A stretch of DNA of 62,953 nt, filler included, from Chiloscyllium plagiosum (Eukaryota): assembly GCF_004010195.1 (NCBI RefSeq). It is 3 parts of 2 records of this genome, joined end to end, with 100 filler letters (N's around TTAATTAATTAA, not from the genome) between each part and the next. Parts side by side here need not be neighbours in the genome. Positions count along the whole stretch, not along the records: positions 1 to 31,560 come from NC_057710.1; 2 more parts are not named here. One strand, given 5' to 3'. The position numbers and the translations under genes are program-made. The notes below the pieces were generated by a model, which worked only from the letters and a program-made list of their open reading frames with translations, did not search any database and was not told the origin of the DNA. Shown here in pieces: positions 13,975 through 25,947 of the stretch (positions are counted from its first letter, which is position 1; each line of letters opens with the position of its first letter).

Positions 13975-14207
13975 ATTAGTTAATTGCTCACAACTATTCA
14001 TGATTGGATGTGCCAGAGCAGTAAATCAGCTCACTTAGGAGATTTTCTTTGGTATAAACACTTCTTTAGATCATTGATGTGAACAAATCAATTTCTAGTG
14101 ATGTAAAAGCAGTTCAACTCACTTCTATCTTCAATAATGTATACACATTATAGTCAAATTAGAAGTGCCAACTTCACCTGCTGAACACTGATCTCTGCGA
14201 GTGAATC

Positions 14208-14259
14208 TCACAGCAACTTTGGCATATAGTCCCAGCTAGTGAATCTATCTAGATTAGCC
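14208..14259 (-). CDS. Putative last coding exon of an uncharacterised small gene (L|ANLDRFTSWDYMPKLL*)
   Basis: Acceptor gtttcactctgtag|G. Phase-2 entry matches exon 20405-20494. TGA stop at 14208-14210, in non-repetitive sequence. Confidence 0.55.
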
Positions 14260-14367
14260 CTACAGAGTGAAACACTGTTTTTAATGGGATGGCAATGACA
14301 GCTTCTTATGAATTATTATATTGCTTGCAATTGTTAAAAGTGCACCACTGCTTGAACTGGACTGTTT

Positions 14368-14470
14368 GAGAGTGAGAAAGTGAACATGAGAGTGAGCACG
14401 AAAGTGAACGCGAAAGTGAGTGCAAGAGTAAGCATGGGAGTGAGCGCGAGAGAGCATTTGGGCGTGTGTA
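14368..14470 (+). repeat. Degenerate purine-rich tandem repeat (gagagtgagc-like units)
   Basis: gagagtgagaaagtgaacatgagagtgagcacgaaagtgaacgcgaaagtgagtgc... Confidence 0.6.
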
Positions 14471-14661
14471 TTGGTGGCTTGGTGATTTGACTTTTGGGAT
14501 AAATGTATCAACATAATTATCATCTTTAATTAATTAAGGTTGCTGTTCTTACTAACTTGACTGCAAAGGGCTCAGTATTTCTTCTAAAAAATATTGTCAT
14601 AACAGATCATGGCGTGGGGGGAGGGAAAGAGCGAGGGTGAGAGAGAACTAGAAAAAAAAAG

Positions 14662-14823
14662 GTGAGAGAGGACTGGCAGTGGTTTAACCAGAGAACCACC
14701 TCACCTCAGGCAAGGGTCAGGCTGAGAAGGACAGTGGTGGTATCTTCGCTGGTACAGGAATTGAACCTCTGCTGTTGGCATTACATTGCATTGCAAACCA
14801 GCATCCAGCCATCTGATCTAACC
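14662..14823 (-). mobile_element. tRNA-derived SINE of a second family
   Basis: The minus strand has an A-box-like ggttagatcagatgg and a B-box-like ggttcaattcc. Confidence 0.55.
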
Positions 14824-15159
14824 ACTCTCCCAATGAAAAAAAAAATACATTGATTATGGACAGCAAAACAAAAGAGTACAGAGTTTCAGTTCTCTCCCAA
14901 TCCTGTCCATGAAACTGAGTGAAATTTAGACGTTAACTCCATTGTATCTCAGTTTCAATTAAAAGTAATATTACTTCCCAGGAACAGCCAGTTAAAATAC
15001 AAATGACAGCACTTAAATTGGAAAAAAAAATTAGGAGACTACCAATGAAATGAAACAGCTTACAAAACCAGGGAGGAATAGCCTCAGAGGTGTAGGTAAT
15101 TACTCAGTGCCTGATCCTAATAGTTCTGATTGGAATGACATACAAGTAGAGATCAACTA

Positions 15160-15373
15160 GGAGAAAGTGAGGAATGCAGATGCTGGAGACCAGAGTTGAA
15201 AAGTGTGGTGCTGGAAAAACACAGCAGGCCAGACAGCATCTGGAGAGCAGGAGAATCGACGTTTCGGGCATAAGCCCTTCTTCCGTAAGAAGGGCTTATG
15301 CCCGAAATGTCAATTCTCCTGCTCCTTGGATGTTGCCTGGCCTGCTGTGTTTTTCCAGCACCACACTTTTCAA
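15160..15373. mobile_element. Fold-back (inverted) pair of PLE terminal-repeat fragments
   Basis: Left arm ttgaaaagtgtggtgctggaaaaacacagcaggcc...gcccttctt is the reverse complement of the right arm aagaagggc...ccagcaccacacttttcaa. Confidence 0.9.
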
Positions 15374-15409
15374 ATATAAAGTAGAAATGCCTGACATGCT
15401 AACTGAGCC

Positions 15410-15622
15410 TGTGAGGTCTGCAGATGCTGGATATCAGAGTTGAGAGTGTGTTGCTGGAAAAGCACAGCAGGTCAGGCAGCACCCGAGGAGCAGAAAAATC
15501 GATGTTTCAGGTTGGAACCCTTCTTCTTTCCTGATGAAGGGCTCCAACCCGAACTGTCGATTTTCCTGCTCCTTGGATGCTGCCTGACCTGCTGTACTTT
15601 TCCAGCAACACACTCTCAACTT
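15410..15622. mobile_element. Second fold-back PLE terminal-repeat insertion, 14-bp target duplication
   Basis: Inverted arms flanked by atgctaactgagcc (15396-15409) and atgttaactgagcc (15623-15636). Confidence 0.9.
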
Positions 15623-15655
15623 ATGTTAACTGAGCCATCAAACCAATAATCTTTG

Positions 15656-15865
15656 TACAGGTCGTTCTGCTAAAATTGGTATTTCATTAACAATGCGATT
15701 GGTGAATTGGGAACACGGTTTCCAAAGTGCAAACTTTTAAAACTTGTGTTGGCTGTAATGCGATTACATTGCCAACGCTTTAAGCGCTATTTCTAAACAG
15801 CGACTTTTCTATAACTTGGGATTGCACAAGAACATAACCATCATATTATAGAAGAACTGATTTTA
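15656..15865. mobile_element. MITE-like non-autonomous DNA transposon (Tc1/Tigger-like)
   Basis: Imperfect inverted ends TA-caggtcgttctgcta...tagaagaactgatt. A second copy lies at 54445-54650. Confidence 0.65.
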
Positions 15866-16468
15866 CAATTAATAAAAAACAAAAAATGAGAAATTGAATA
15901 AAGTTTCTCCCTTTCAATGTGACAGGTCTGCTAAAATTAATAATATGATATATATAACGTACAAAAATTAAAACTGGCAAAGGGACCAGTTAGTCTTATT
16001 TGACTGGAGAATACTTTTTTTTCCTCAAGTAATGAATTCACATGATGGCTATTCTTAGATTCCAGGAGCTATAAGTTCAATCAATAAGGAACCATGGTCA
16101 CATGAAGCCTTTGCAATAATGGGGCACCAATTGAATAGGCATTCAAAACAAATAACAATACTACCAAACTATTTTTGGGCATTTCATTTAGCCTTACTTC
16201 ATTAAGATACTTGCTGATGTCAAGACATAGTGTGTGAAAGCAGAACTTAAGTTACTCTAGTGAACAACCCAAGAATTCAAACTTCTGATAAGGAATTAGA
16301 CTGAACTTCCACAAAGAACAGCACATACCAACTCAATTTGAAACAATGTAACCCTGTCAGTCAGTTCTAGATGTAAGGGAGTAATAAAACCAGTAGAGTC
16401 GAAGAGCACATGGTGAAATAAGGAATGGTGGAGAGGTCAGGATAGCTGATCAGGATAGCAGGTAATTT

Positions 16469-16781
16469 CGATTAGATTCCCTACAATGTGGAAACAGGCC
16501 CTTCAGCCCAACAAGTCCACACCTACCCTCTGAAGAGTAACCCAGCCAGACCTATTTCCCTCTGACTAATGCACTTAACACTATGGGCAATTTAGCATGG
16601 CCAATTTACCTGGTCCGGACATCTTTGGACTGTGGGAGGAAACTGGACCACCCGGAGGAAACCCACACAGACACTGGGAGAATGTCCAAACTCCACACAG
16701 ACAGTTGCTCGAGGCTGGAATTGAACCTGGGTCCCTGGTGCTGTGAGGCAGCAGTGGTAACCACTGAGCCACCGTGCCGCC
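16469..16781 (-). mobile_element. HE1-type SINE, near full length
   Basis: The minus strand begins ggcggcacggtggctcagtgg (A box) and has ggttcaattcc (B box), the conserved core and a 3' tail. Confidence 0.95.
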
Positions 16782-17149
16782 ATGAAGGTTCAAGAAGTTA
16801 ATGGCAGATTGGTAACATCAGGACAGGTTTAGATAAAGAACACACTGATTTTTGGGCATTCTTTACTAAAGGAATTTCTTTTTAGGACTATAACGTCTAT
16901 CAATAATCTATCCAGTTCTATCTGAAAAAGGGTAAAAAATTAAGGATATTGTGAGTACTGTATGCTGAAGTCAGTGGAGATAAACTCCCAAGCGTAGATC
17001 CAAACTAACACACTTGGATATTTGATGAAGTCATGAAGCACTGAGGAAAAAAAAGGATTTCTTGTTTGCGCACACCAGCCATCTTCCTGTCATGTATTAA
17101 TACTCGCTGCTTATCAAGGTCACATATTTTCTTCGTATTGCTTGTACTT

Positions 17150-17880
17150 CATATACAAGATGACACAAATCTCTTTGCACTAGATGTCTCTCCATTTAAA
17201 TCACAGTCTGCCTTTTGATTCTTCCTACCAAAGTGCATAACCTCACACTTTGCTCCACTGAAAACCATCTGCCAAGATATGCCCACTTACTCAATTAATC
17301 TATTTTCCCTTGCAGATTCCTCATGTCCTCATCACAACATGCCTTCCCACCTATTTTTTGTATTGCCTGCAAATTCATTAACATTATACTCTGCCCCCTT
17401 TCCAAGTCATTAATATGGGTAGCAAGTAATTGAAGACTTAGATCTGATTCTTGTGGCACTCCAGTAGTTACAGATTTTCAACCTGAAAAAGATCAATTCA
17501 CCCTGACTCAGTCTTCTATGTGTTAACCAAATATCAATTCATGCCAAAACATTATCTGCAATACTGTAAGTTTCTATCTTATCCAGTAAACCTAAATGTG
17601 GCACCTTCTCAAATGCTTTATGGAAATCCAAATACAATATATCCATTTGTTTCCCTTTCAACACTGCTGGTTATATCCTCAAATTTGACAAATGTGATTT
17701 TTGTTCCACTAAATTAATGCTGGCTCTGATTGATTGCATTCAGTAGTTCTAAATATTCCTCCTCAATAATGGACTCTAGCATTTTCCCCAAGAACATTTG
17801 TGAAGTGAATTGACCTAGTTTCCTGCTTTCTGGCTTCCTTCTTTCGTGAACAGGCATGTCAGATTAGTAATTTTCCAATT
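17150..17880 (-). mobile_element. Old CR1-type LINE RT fragment
   Basis: Decayed similarity to CR1 RT (e.g. gcataacctcacacttt, ttatggaaatccaaatac). Confidence 0.65.
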
Positions 17881-18796
17881 GGTCAGAAATAAACACAACT
17901 ATTCTAATCCCATTTTCCAGTGCTTGACCATAGCCTTGGCATTACAGGTACACATTTAAATACTTCTTAAATGCTTTGATTCCCACCACACTTTGGGTGT
18001 ACAAAAATTCCCTCAAATCCCATCTGGAATTACACTTCAAGATGGCGGCGCCAGAAAGATAGGCAACATTCAGGGTCCTGAACGCATCGATTGCAGACCA
18101 GCCGCTTCCTTCCTTCTCCCTTATCTTTCTCGTCTTCTCTCTTTTTCTTCTTTCTTTCATCTTCTTCGTGTCCGAGAAGCCGGCATCTTGGAGTAGGCAA
18201 ATGCAACAGGATTCTTGGTGAGGCAGTGGCAGCCTAGCCTGCAGCAGAGCCAGAGATGCCTGGATGCAGTAGGCCTATAGTGGGGTCTTCGGCATGACCA
18301 AAGAGTCAGCTTTAGCAGCAGCAGCGTGATATGCCCAGAGTGAGGAATCCTGGCATTATTGATTGGCAGAGGAGTCAGGGACTTCTTATTGCGGTCAAGG
18401 CAGGTCCGGACCAGGGAGTCCTGGTTATCAACGAGGCAGCAGCTACAAGCTCCTGGTTGTGATAAGCCCGTAGCCAAGGTCTCCTAGTTATCGGTGAGAT
18501 GATGGTGGTAGTAGAGCCAGTGACGTCTGGTTGCAGGGTAAGCCTGAGTTCAGCACAGGACCTAGCATTGGTGGCATCAGCAAGGTGGGCCCAGCGACAA
18601 AGAGATGGCGCTTGAAAGGCGGTGACTCCCACATTGGTAGGTCTGGCGCATTTGGTGGAAAGTGCAGGTGTTGTTTGTGAGATGCTCAGGGCTCAAGACT
18701 CATGGCAGATGCAGTGGAACAAAGATAAGACTCTTTTTCAGTTATATCTTTTTATTCTTAAACAATTAAAAATGGTGATAGTTGAAGCTTTTCACT

Positions 18797-19025
18797 GTAG
18801 AACCACAGAATCCCTACAGTGTGGAAGCAGGCCATCGGCCAATTGGGTCACACCAACCTTCCAAAGACCATCCCATCTGGACCCACCCCACTATCTTAAC
18901 CCTGCATTTCTCATGTCTAATCCACCTAACCGCACAACCATAGACACTATGGGCTATTTAGCATGGCCAGTCTACCTAACCTGGACATTTTTGGACTATA
19001 GAAGGAAAGTGGAGTACCTTAAGGA
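18797..19025 (-). mobile_element. HE1-type SINE 3' half, diverged
   Basis: gaatccctacagtgtggaagcaggcc...ttttggacta core. Confidence 0.8.
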
Positions 19026-19522
19026 AATTAGTCATTTCAAATAAACCTATTGGATTATAACGTGACATCATGTGACTTCTGACTTTGTCCAATCAAAACA
19101 GACATAGAAGAAATACTTACCAATCACCTACCCAGTTTCCTGTGATATCACATTTTACCTCAAAGAAGTAGAAACAGACTGGTTTCTACTGCTGGTTTTA
19201 CCGTCCCATCACTGTTGCCCTTCTCACGCAGGTCTATTGTACTCTTTATGAAGCTGCTGTCCCCACATGCTCTCTCATGCTTCAGAAAGTCTAACCCCAA
19301 TTTTTCTCCTGTTCTTTGTGAAAGCATTGTTCCTGCTCTTTCATACTGTCTATGAACTGCTAACCCACTCCCTCTTGTACAATTTCAGAAGGGTGCTCGT
19401 TTCTCATTCTTTTAGGTGCTAGTGGCAGATTCTGGGTCTTCCTCTCTTCCATTAATGTGTATGCTGGTGACAGTCTTGATCTGCTATTTAGGTTCTGGTG
19501 ACTATCTCTGGGCTCTCCACTC

Positions 19523-20036
19523 TTTTGAAAGATGTTGTGAAACTTGAAATGGTTCAGAAAAGATTTACAAGGATGTTGCCAGGGTTGGAGGATTTGAACT
19601 GTAGGGAGAGGCTGAACAGGCTGCGGCTGTTTTCCCTGGAGCTCAGAGGCTGAGGGGTGACCTTATAGAGGTTTACAAAATTATGAGGGGTATGGATAAG
19701 AGTAAATACACAAGATCTTTTCCCTGGAATGGGGGAGACCAGAACTGGAGGACACAGGTTTAGAGTGAGAAGAGAAAAACTTAAATAAAAAGGACCTAAG
19801 GGGCAACTTTTTCATGCAGAGGGTGGTGTGTGTGTGCGGAACGAGCTGCCATAGGAAGTTGTGGAGGTTGGTACAATCACAACATTTAAAAGACAACTGG
19901 ATGGGTACACTAATAGGAAGGATTCAGAGGGATATTACTCAAGTGCTGGCAAATGGAACTCGATTAATTTAGGATATTTGGTTGGCATAGACGGGTTGGA
20001 CTTAAGGGTCTGTTTGTGTACATCTCTATGACTCTA
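19523..20036 (+). mobile_element. CR1-type LINE 3' fragment
   Basis: Collinear with 31770-32275 and ends tacatctctatgactcta. Confidence 0.95.
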
Positions 20037-20404
20037 TCGTTCATCAAAAGATGCATCTTACAATTTTCAGTCTAATTTGCAAGTGTATTGCAAGTTGAAA
20101 AAGCAGTAAATTGAGTGATAGCATTACTGTCACCTATAATAATGTGTAAATGACTATACTCAGAACTCTATGATAATACTGCAGGAAGGTAACTACAAGA
20201 GAACTAGGAAGGCACAATTTTATGATGCAAATCCATACACTTAAACACTGAAAATATGTTGAAACAGCAAGAGTTCAGCCCTGTTGCAGTTAAGGTTGAT
20301 TGCTGTTGAAAGCCATTCAACTCACATTTTTACTGCCATCATTTTTTTAAAAATTTGAGATATCGTAGTAGTTCCACTCCAATAATTAAAATATATAGAC
20401 TTAC

Positions 20405-20494
20405 AGATTAATATCCTGTTTGGAGAGTTTCAAATTTTTACTCCATGCTTCTAAGCGCTTTGCTTCTGCTAATCGTTCTCTCTGTGTTGGTACT
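20405..20494 (-). CDS. Internal coding exon, 90 nt, phase 2-2 (L|VPTQRERLAEAKRLEAWSKNLKLSKQDIN|L)
   Basis: Strong acceptor ttattatttacag| and donor |gtaagt. Open frame, length divisible by 3, unique sequence. Confidence 0.8.
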
Positions 20495-21177
20495 CTGTAA
20501 ATAATAAATTTATATTAGACATGTAGAAACAACAACTGTATCTTTTTATTTTAACCAAGCACTGTTAACAGTACAACTAAATTTTGCCTCAGTAATGTTA
20601 TATGGATATTTATTCAATACTTGATGATGGCATCAACCATTTTGGGAAATGATAAACTGCAGCGAGGGTGTGTGTCAATATACTCCACACTTAAACATTG
20701 CTAAAACGGGACTAGAAATTGAAGCTTTTTATCTTGCACTCATTGAAACTAGTTTGCAAGAAACAGACAGGAGAAAGAAAACACCATTTTATAAATTATA
20801 CAGAAGAAGACGACGGTACTGATCGACAAGCCCAGTGGTGTGTGACAAGGTTAAGCAGCCAAAATAAAGTGCTATAACTTTGTGGCTGTTCTAAAATGAG
20901 GTTCAATCTTCCTAAACAAAGAATTTCACAGGTCAGATGCAGCAATTCAGTTTTCATTAGCAGCATTGGACTTGCCAAGGATAAAAATGAATAGTTTTGA
21001 AATACCTAAAACTGGAATCATGTGTTTCTAAACTTAGACTTCAATGCAGTTGACATCTGTTCCAGTATCAGATTAGCTTTGTTGATAACAATTTTGTGTA
21101 AACGAGAAACTTTTGCATCCAAAGCTTTACTGCTTTTACATTACATAATTTTTGCCCCAACATATTTCATCCCCACA

Positions 21178-21305
21178 TTCCTGACGAAGAGCTTATGCTT
21201 GAAATGTCGACTCTCCTGCTCCTCGGATGCTGCCTGACTAGTTGTGCTTTTCCAGTACTACACTCTTCGACTCTGGTCTCTAGCACCTGCAGTCCTCACT
21301 TTCTC
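21178..21305 (+). mobile_element. Solo PLE terminal-repeat fragment with variant hammerhead motif
   Basis: ctgacgaagagcttatgcttgaaatgtc at 21181-21208, followed by the conserved repeat body. Confidence 0.85.
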
Positions 21306-21522
21306 CGTATTTTACCACATGTAACTTCAAAATTCATCTAACACTCATTAAAGGGGAAATTTAAATGCACAGATGATCCAAGATGATGAAGCAGGATTCT
21401 TTATTCCACTAGCATCAGGTTTTACAAACATGAAGGCAAATTAAAGTTAAACTAGGTAATCACGTGAAATTAAGCCTTTAGTTCACATCTGGTTGTGGAA
21501 ATCCTGTGTCTGTCTTTCTTAC

Positions 21523-21586
21523 AAAGACTTTTTTTTCTCCAGTGTCCAGTCAACTGCTTGAGCTCCACGCTTGGTACCCTCTGTCA
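21523..21586 (-). CDS. Candidate 64-nt cassette exon (frame-shifting in the main gene model)
   Basis: Acceptor ttttactgacag| (alternative site 6 nt further in) and donor |gtaaga. It is open as TEGTKRGAQAVDWTLEKKKS with phase-1 entry. Confidence 0.45.
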
Positions 21587-21929
21587 CTGTCAGTAAAATC
21601 CAATTCAGCAGAGCATTGATTAAAATTTTATTCAATAATAAGCTTCATAACAGCACGTTCTGTTTGGCCATAAAGATCAAACTAACACATAACTTTAGGA
21701 ATTGGCAATTAGAGACGGGCAAGAAATGCTGGCCTAATCACTGACACCTTCATCCCATGAATCAATTTAAAAAAGGACAACAAAGACAAGGGAAGAAATA
21801 CCCTAGCATAATTGAGATTATTTAATATTAAGCATCTTCCAAAAGATGCTTAATTTAAACAAGCAAGTCATCACAGGAGAGCTGAAAACCAGGGTGTGCT
21901 CCTCCTACTTTATCAGTGAAGCCAGTAAG

Positions 21930-23270
21930 CTTTCTAGAGATTGGGACCAGCGGGTGCGTAGGAAGTAGAGAAACTTCAGGTGTGACTCCTGGAAGCATGG
22001 GTTTTGGAGTTGGAACGGTGACTGGGGTCACTGTGGAGTATCTGCAATGCGGATAGTATTGTGAATAGCACATATAAAGAGGTGGTCACATCGCAGGCTT
22101 GAACTCCATAGGTAGGAAAGGAATGACTGACTACCAGGCAAAGCAAGAGGACTAGCCAGGCACTGCAGTGCAAGAGTCTCCTGTGGCTATTCCCCTGAGA
22201 TATTGTTGAAAGGAATGGCTTCATGGAGAAAGCAGAAAGTACCAAATCAATTGCATCACAGTTGTGTCTGCTGCAAAGTGGACGTTAAAAAGTGTGTAAT
22301 GTAATAGTTATAGGAGATTCAGTTATATGGAAATAGACATTTTTGTTGGCACAAATGAGATTCCAGTATGGTTTATTTCCTCGATGGTGTTAAGGTCAAG
22401 GATGTTTCACAATGGCTACAGGACATTCTGGAGGATTGGGTAAATAGCCAGTGGTTGTGGCACACATTGAATCAATTAACATCAACAAGAAGGGTGATGA
22501 GGTCCTAAAAGCAGAGCACATGGAGTCAGGAAGTATGACCTCAAAAGGTAGTGATCTCAAGATTACAATCAGTACCATGTGCTAGTCAGAGTAGAAATAG
22601 CAAGATATTTCAAATGATTGTGACTGAAGAGATGCTACAGGGGAGGGGTTTCAGATTTCTGGGGCATTGGGACTGGTTATGAGGGAGGTGCAACCAGTAC
22701 AAACTCGATGGGTTACACTTGAGCAGGACCAGGACTGATGAACTAGGGAGATTTGTAAGAGTGATTGGAGAAGCTTTAAACTAAAATGACAGGGGAATGA
22801 GAATCTATTTATGGAGTCAGAAGAAAGGGAATCAAGAACAAAATCAAAAGATAGATAGGGGAATAAGAAAAGTGATCGGCAGAGACATCAAGGGCCAGCA
22901 TCAAACTGGGGCACAGTGAAAAATAATAGGAATGGTTTCTGCTTTAATAGACAGACAATGCACAATAAAGTGAATGAGTTAATTGTGCAATGGATGAAAA
23001 CAGAAATGATATAGTCAGGATTACGAAGACATAGCTGCAGGGTGACCGGGATGTGAATTTAACATTCAGGGATATTCAGTATTTAGGAAAGACAGACAAA
23101 AAGGAAAAAGGTGGTGGAGTTGCATTGTTGACTAAAGAAGAAATGAATACAAGAATAAGAAAGGATACTACCTCTGATGGTGTGGTAGCTGTATGAATAG
23201 AGCTGAGGAACACCAAAGGGCAAAATACAAAAGTTAGGGTTTTACGTAGATCCACAACTGTAGGGATGAT
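21930..23270 (+). mobile_element. Old CR1-type LINE, 5' part (ORF1 esterase and start of APE endonuclease)
   Basis: Decayed match to the ORF1/ORF2 junction seen at 42895-43500 and 31250-31560. Confidence 0.7.
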
Positions 23271-23423
23271 GATGGGAATGGCCACAGTCCCAAAAGAGGA
23301 CAAATCAATGCAGGGAGGTCCAGCCTGGACCAGCAAAGCCATGGTGAAAGAGGCTAGACAAGTACAAAAGCTTCCAAATGAGAAACCAGTGGAATGACAC
23401 ACATTGGCCTAAATGCTGCAGCT

Positions 23424-23632
23424 AACTTTTTCACACAGAAGGTGGTGAGTGTATGGAATGAGCTGCCAGAGTAAGTGGTGAAGGCTGGTACAATGACAGC
23501 ATTTAAAGGACATCTAGATGGGTATATGAATAGGAAGGGGATATGGTCCAAATGCTGGGAGTGGATTAGGTTAGGATATCTGGTCGGCATGGACGAGTTG
23601 GACTGAAGGGCCAGTTTACTTAAGCTGTTTCC
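23424..23632 (+). mobile_element. CR1-type LINE 3' fragment
   Basis: aacttttttcacacaga...gtatggaatgagctgccagag, same family as the other young copies. Confidence 0.9.
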
Positions 23633-23964
23633 ATGATCCATAATATCAAACAACATGGGTTTGTACCTTGCTTGGTTTCTGAAGACACCAGTCAATGCAG
23701 ACCGGTCTATCAGATCTCCTTCTTGTAGCATCGGCAGCCACAATCCTTCAGACTTAGACACAGTTCAAAACCAAACACTGGTTTCTCACCTGTTGCCACC
23801 GAACTCCGTGAGGCCCCAGTTAAATCCAAACATTTGCCAAGAATAAATGTCATCAAGGCTGGTCTCAAACAAATATCAGTTTGTACACCTTTTAACAAGT
23901 TGGTGTTCTCAACTCAAAGGTCACCTTTTCACAGCTCCAAACCAAAAGTAATAAAAGTAAAATA

Positions 23965-24189
23965 ATGAAGTTGTCAACACAGGGAATAACTGTGGAAGAC
24001 TGGTTAATGTCATTAGTTAGAAATCCACAAGATACCATCAATGACTGTAAGAATGACATCTTTGTCTCAACAAGGGCAGCCACAGAGCAGGCGACTGGTC
24101 TACTGAAAAGGAAGTTCCACTTTTTGAACCACTCAGATACAGCATTTCAGTATTCATCATGGAAAATGTCCAGGATGATTATGGTCTGA
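23965..24189 (+). mobile_element. PIF/Harbinger transposase remnant
   Basis: WLMSLVRNPQ...STRAATEQATGLLKRKFHFL...FQYS..KMSRMI matches the C-terminal part of HARBI1/DDE_Tnp_4 transposases (WLMTP..NP...N..H..TR..IE..IG.LK.RFRCL). Confidence 0.75.
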
Positions 24190-25574
24190 GAGCCTAGTGG
24201 ACAGGATTCTCTCTTGGGTGGGGACATTGCTCATTTTTCCAATACTCTGGTGGTTGCATTAAAATCTGTAACTTTAGGTTAAATTTGCTAATATTGCAGT
24301 CCTTTGCAATTGCAAATCTCTAATGACACACAAGTAACTAGTACATGATGCATTCACATACAGAATGGTGTCTTCAGAGTCAAATATGGCAATGGAGTAT
24401 GGCTCTTGGCTCGCCCACTCAGTCCACCTGTTTTCTTTTTTTCTCTTTTCTTGTTTGTCTTATCTTTTACTTCACTTACTTCTGCCCCAGCCTGGACTCA
24501 TGGCTGCAGACAGTGAGCCCAATGTGGAGAAGAAGCTGCTATAGCGGCAGAGGCAATATCAGTGAGGTAGGCCCAGCAGCAAAAGATGGTGTCTGAGGAT
24601 TGATAGAGGTTGTTTGGGTCCATTTCTGGGAGCAGTAAATTGGTGGTAGAAGGCAACAAAGCGATTTCAAGATCAGCCCAGGCAGTGAGATGAGATATAG
24701 ATGGACTTCTCTTTAAGCAGTATCTTTACACAATTTTTTCTTATTCTTAAACCATCAAAATGGCACTGGATTATGGCCACACGTGAAAACTTTCTACATA
24801 TTTTATTGTATTTCCCCACTATAAAATGTCTCTATACAGCACAACAATACCTGCATAGCACTACATAGTCATGCAACTTCTGGAACGTGCAAGGAGAAAT
24901 GACACCAAACCATGCTCGAGCAGTCCCATGTGCATACTGCACTCGAAGCCATATGCATTCAAGTCATCGTGAATGCACTCATGTCTCCAGAAATCTGCTG
25001 CTGATAGGAGAAATGTTTGTAATGTGTAAATCTGAAATTAGTCTCATAATAATTAGCAGCAAGAGTAGACTCTTCAGCCCCCAAAGGCTAGTTTGCCATT
25101 CAACAAGATCATGATTGATCTCCGAACTAAACATTATTTTTCCACACTGCCTTCATATTTTTATCATGCTGAAAGGGGCAAAGAGGCTGTAGTCATAGAT
25201 ATCGAATAGATAAAACCAGAATATGGCTTGATTAAATTGTGAGTGCAAAACAAGAAGATATAGGTTAAACCTTGTATCCTCCACTGACGTTAGTTTGGTG
25301 CAGAATGACATCTAATCAGATAGGACAGAACCTTGCCACCTTCCCACCTCCAACCTAATTAAGTACATAATGTGGGAGTTTTGACAGCTCTATAGCTAGT
25401 GGTCGAGACCCCATAGCTTCCATAAAATTCTGTGCATATGTTCAAATTACTAGAAGGTAAAATAAGTTCTGCAATGTCACTACACACAAGAAAATCAATT
25501 TACTTGTAAATATAAAAGTATAAACTTAACACCTGATGACACAATGGAGAAACTTCATTTTCATGTAGAATTAC

Positions 25575-25622
25575 AGATATGGATCAAATGGACTCCCACT
25601 TCTATAACTACTTTGTGATCTT
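25575..25622 (-). CDS. Internal coding exon, 48 nt, phase 2-2 (R|RSQSSYRSGSPFDPY|L)
   Basis: Acceptor ccaatttcag| and donor |gtaatt. Symmetric exon that joins 25838 and 20494 in frame. Confidence 0.6.
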
Positions 25623-25837
25623 CTGAAATTGGTTATATTGCATATGCTCACACAGTACAAAACCAATTATACTAAAATCACCTTGGTTTTGTGCAAAAGA
25701 TTGATACAAATATGAAATATATGTAACTCCCATTTTCACATATATTTTAAGCAAGGAAAGTTGATTTTTTTGTATAAATTCTGGCAGCATTGTAATGGAA
25801 ATGTAAAACTCATCCAACATGTCATTGCAATACTTAC

Positions 25838-25947
25838 CTAGATGTGGGCCTCTGAAATTGCCTATTGGGTGGCAAATTGCAATTTTGCAGATGTTCCTGC
25901 ACATTAGCTTGTGTCTCGGTTGAACATTCCTTTTCAAATGTCGACAT
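25838..25947 (-). CDS. Putative first coding segment (MSTFEKECSTETQANVQEHLQNCNLPPNRQFQRPTS) of exon 25838-25995
   Basis: Acceptor tctctgttcacag| at 25995 and strong donor AG|gtaagt at 25838. First ATG of the exon, with A at -3. The frame is open back to the acceptor, so an upstream start is possible. Confidence 0.7.

Noticed and set aside
18035..18790. GC-richer block starting caagatggcggcg (YY1-like motif) that looks like a promoter
   Set aside because: Similar blocks occur at ~24380-24830 and ~49250-49378, so it is more likely a repeat family. I could not classify it.
19114..19140. Strong minus-strand donor gtaagta suggesting a micro-exon
   Set aside because: The 19-nt candidate does not keep the gene's frame and lies in repeat-like sequence.
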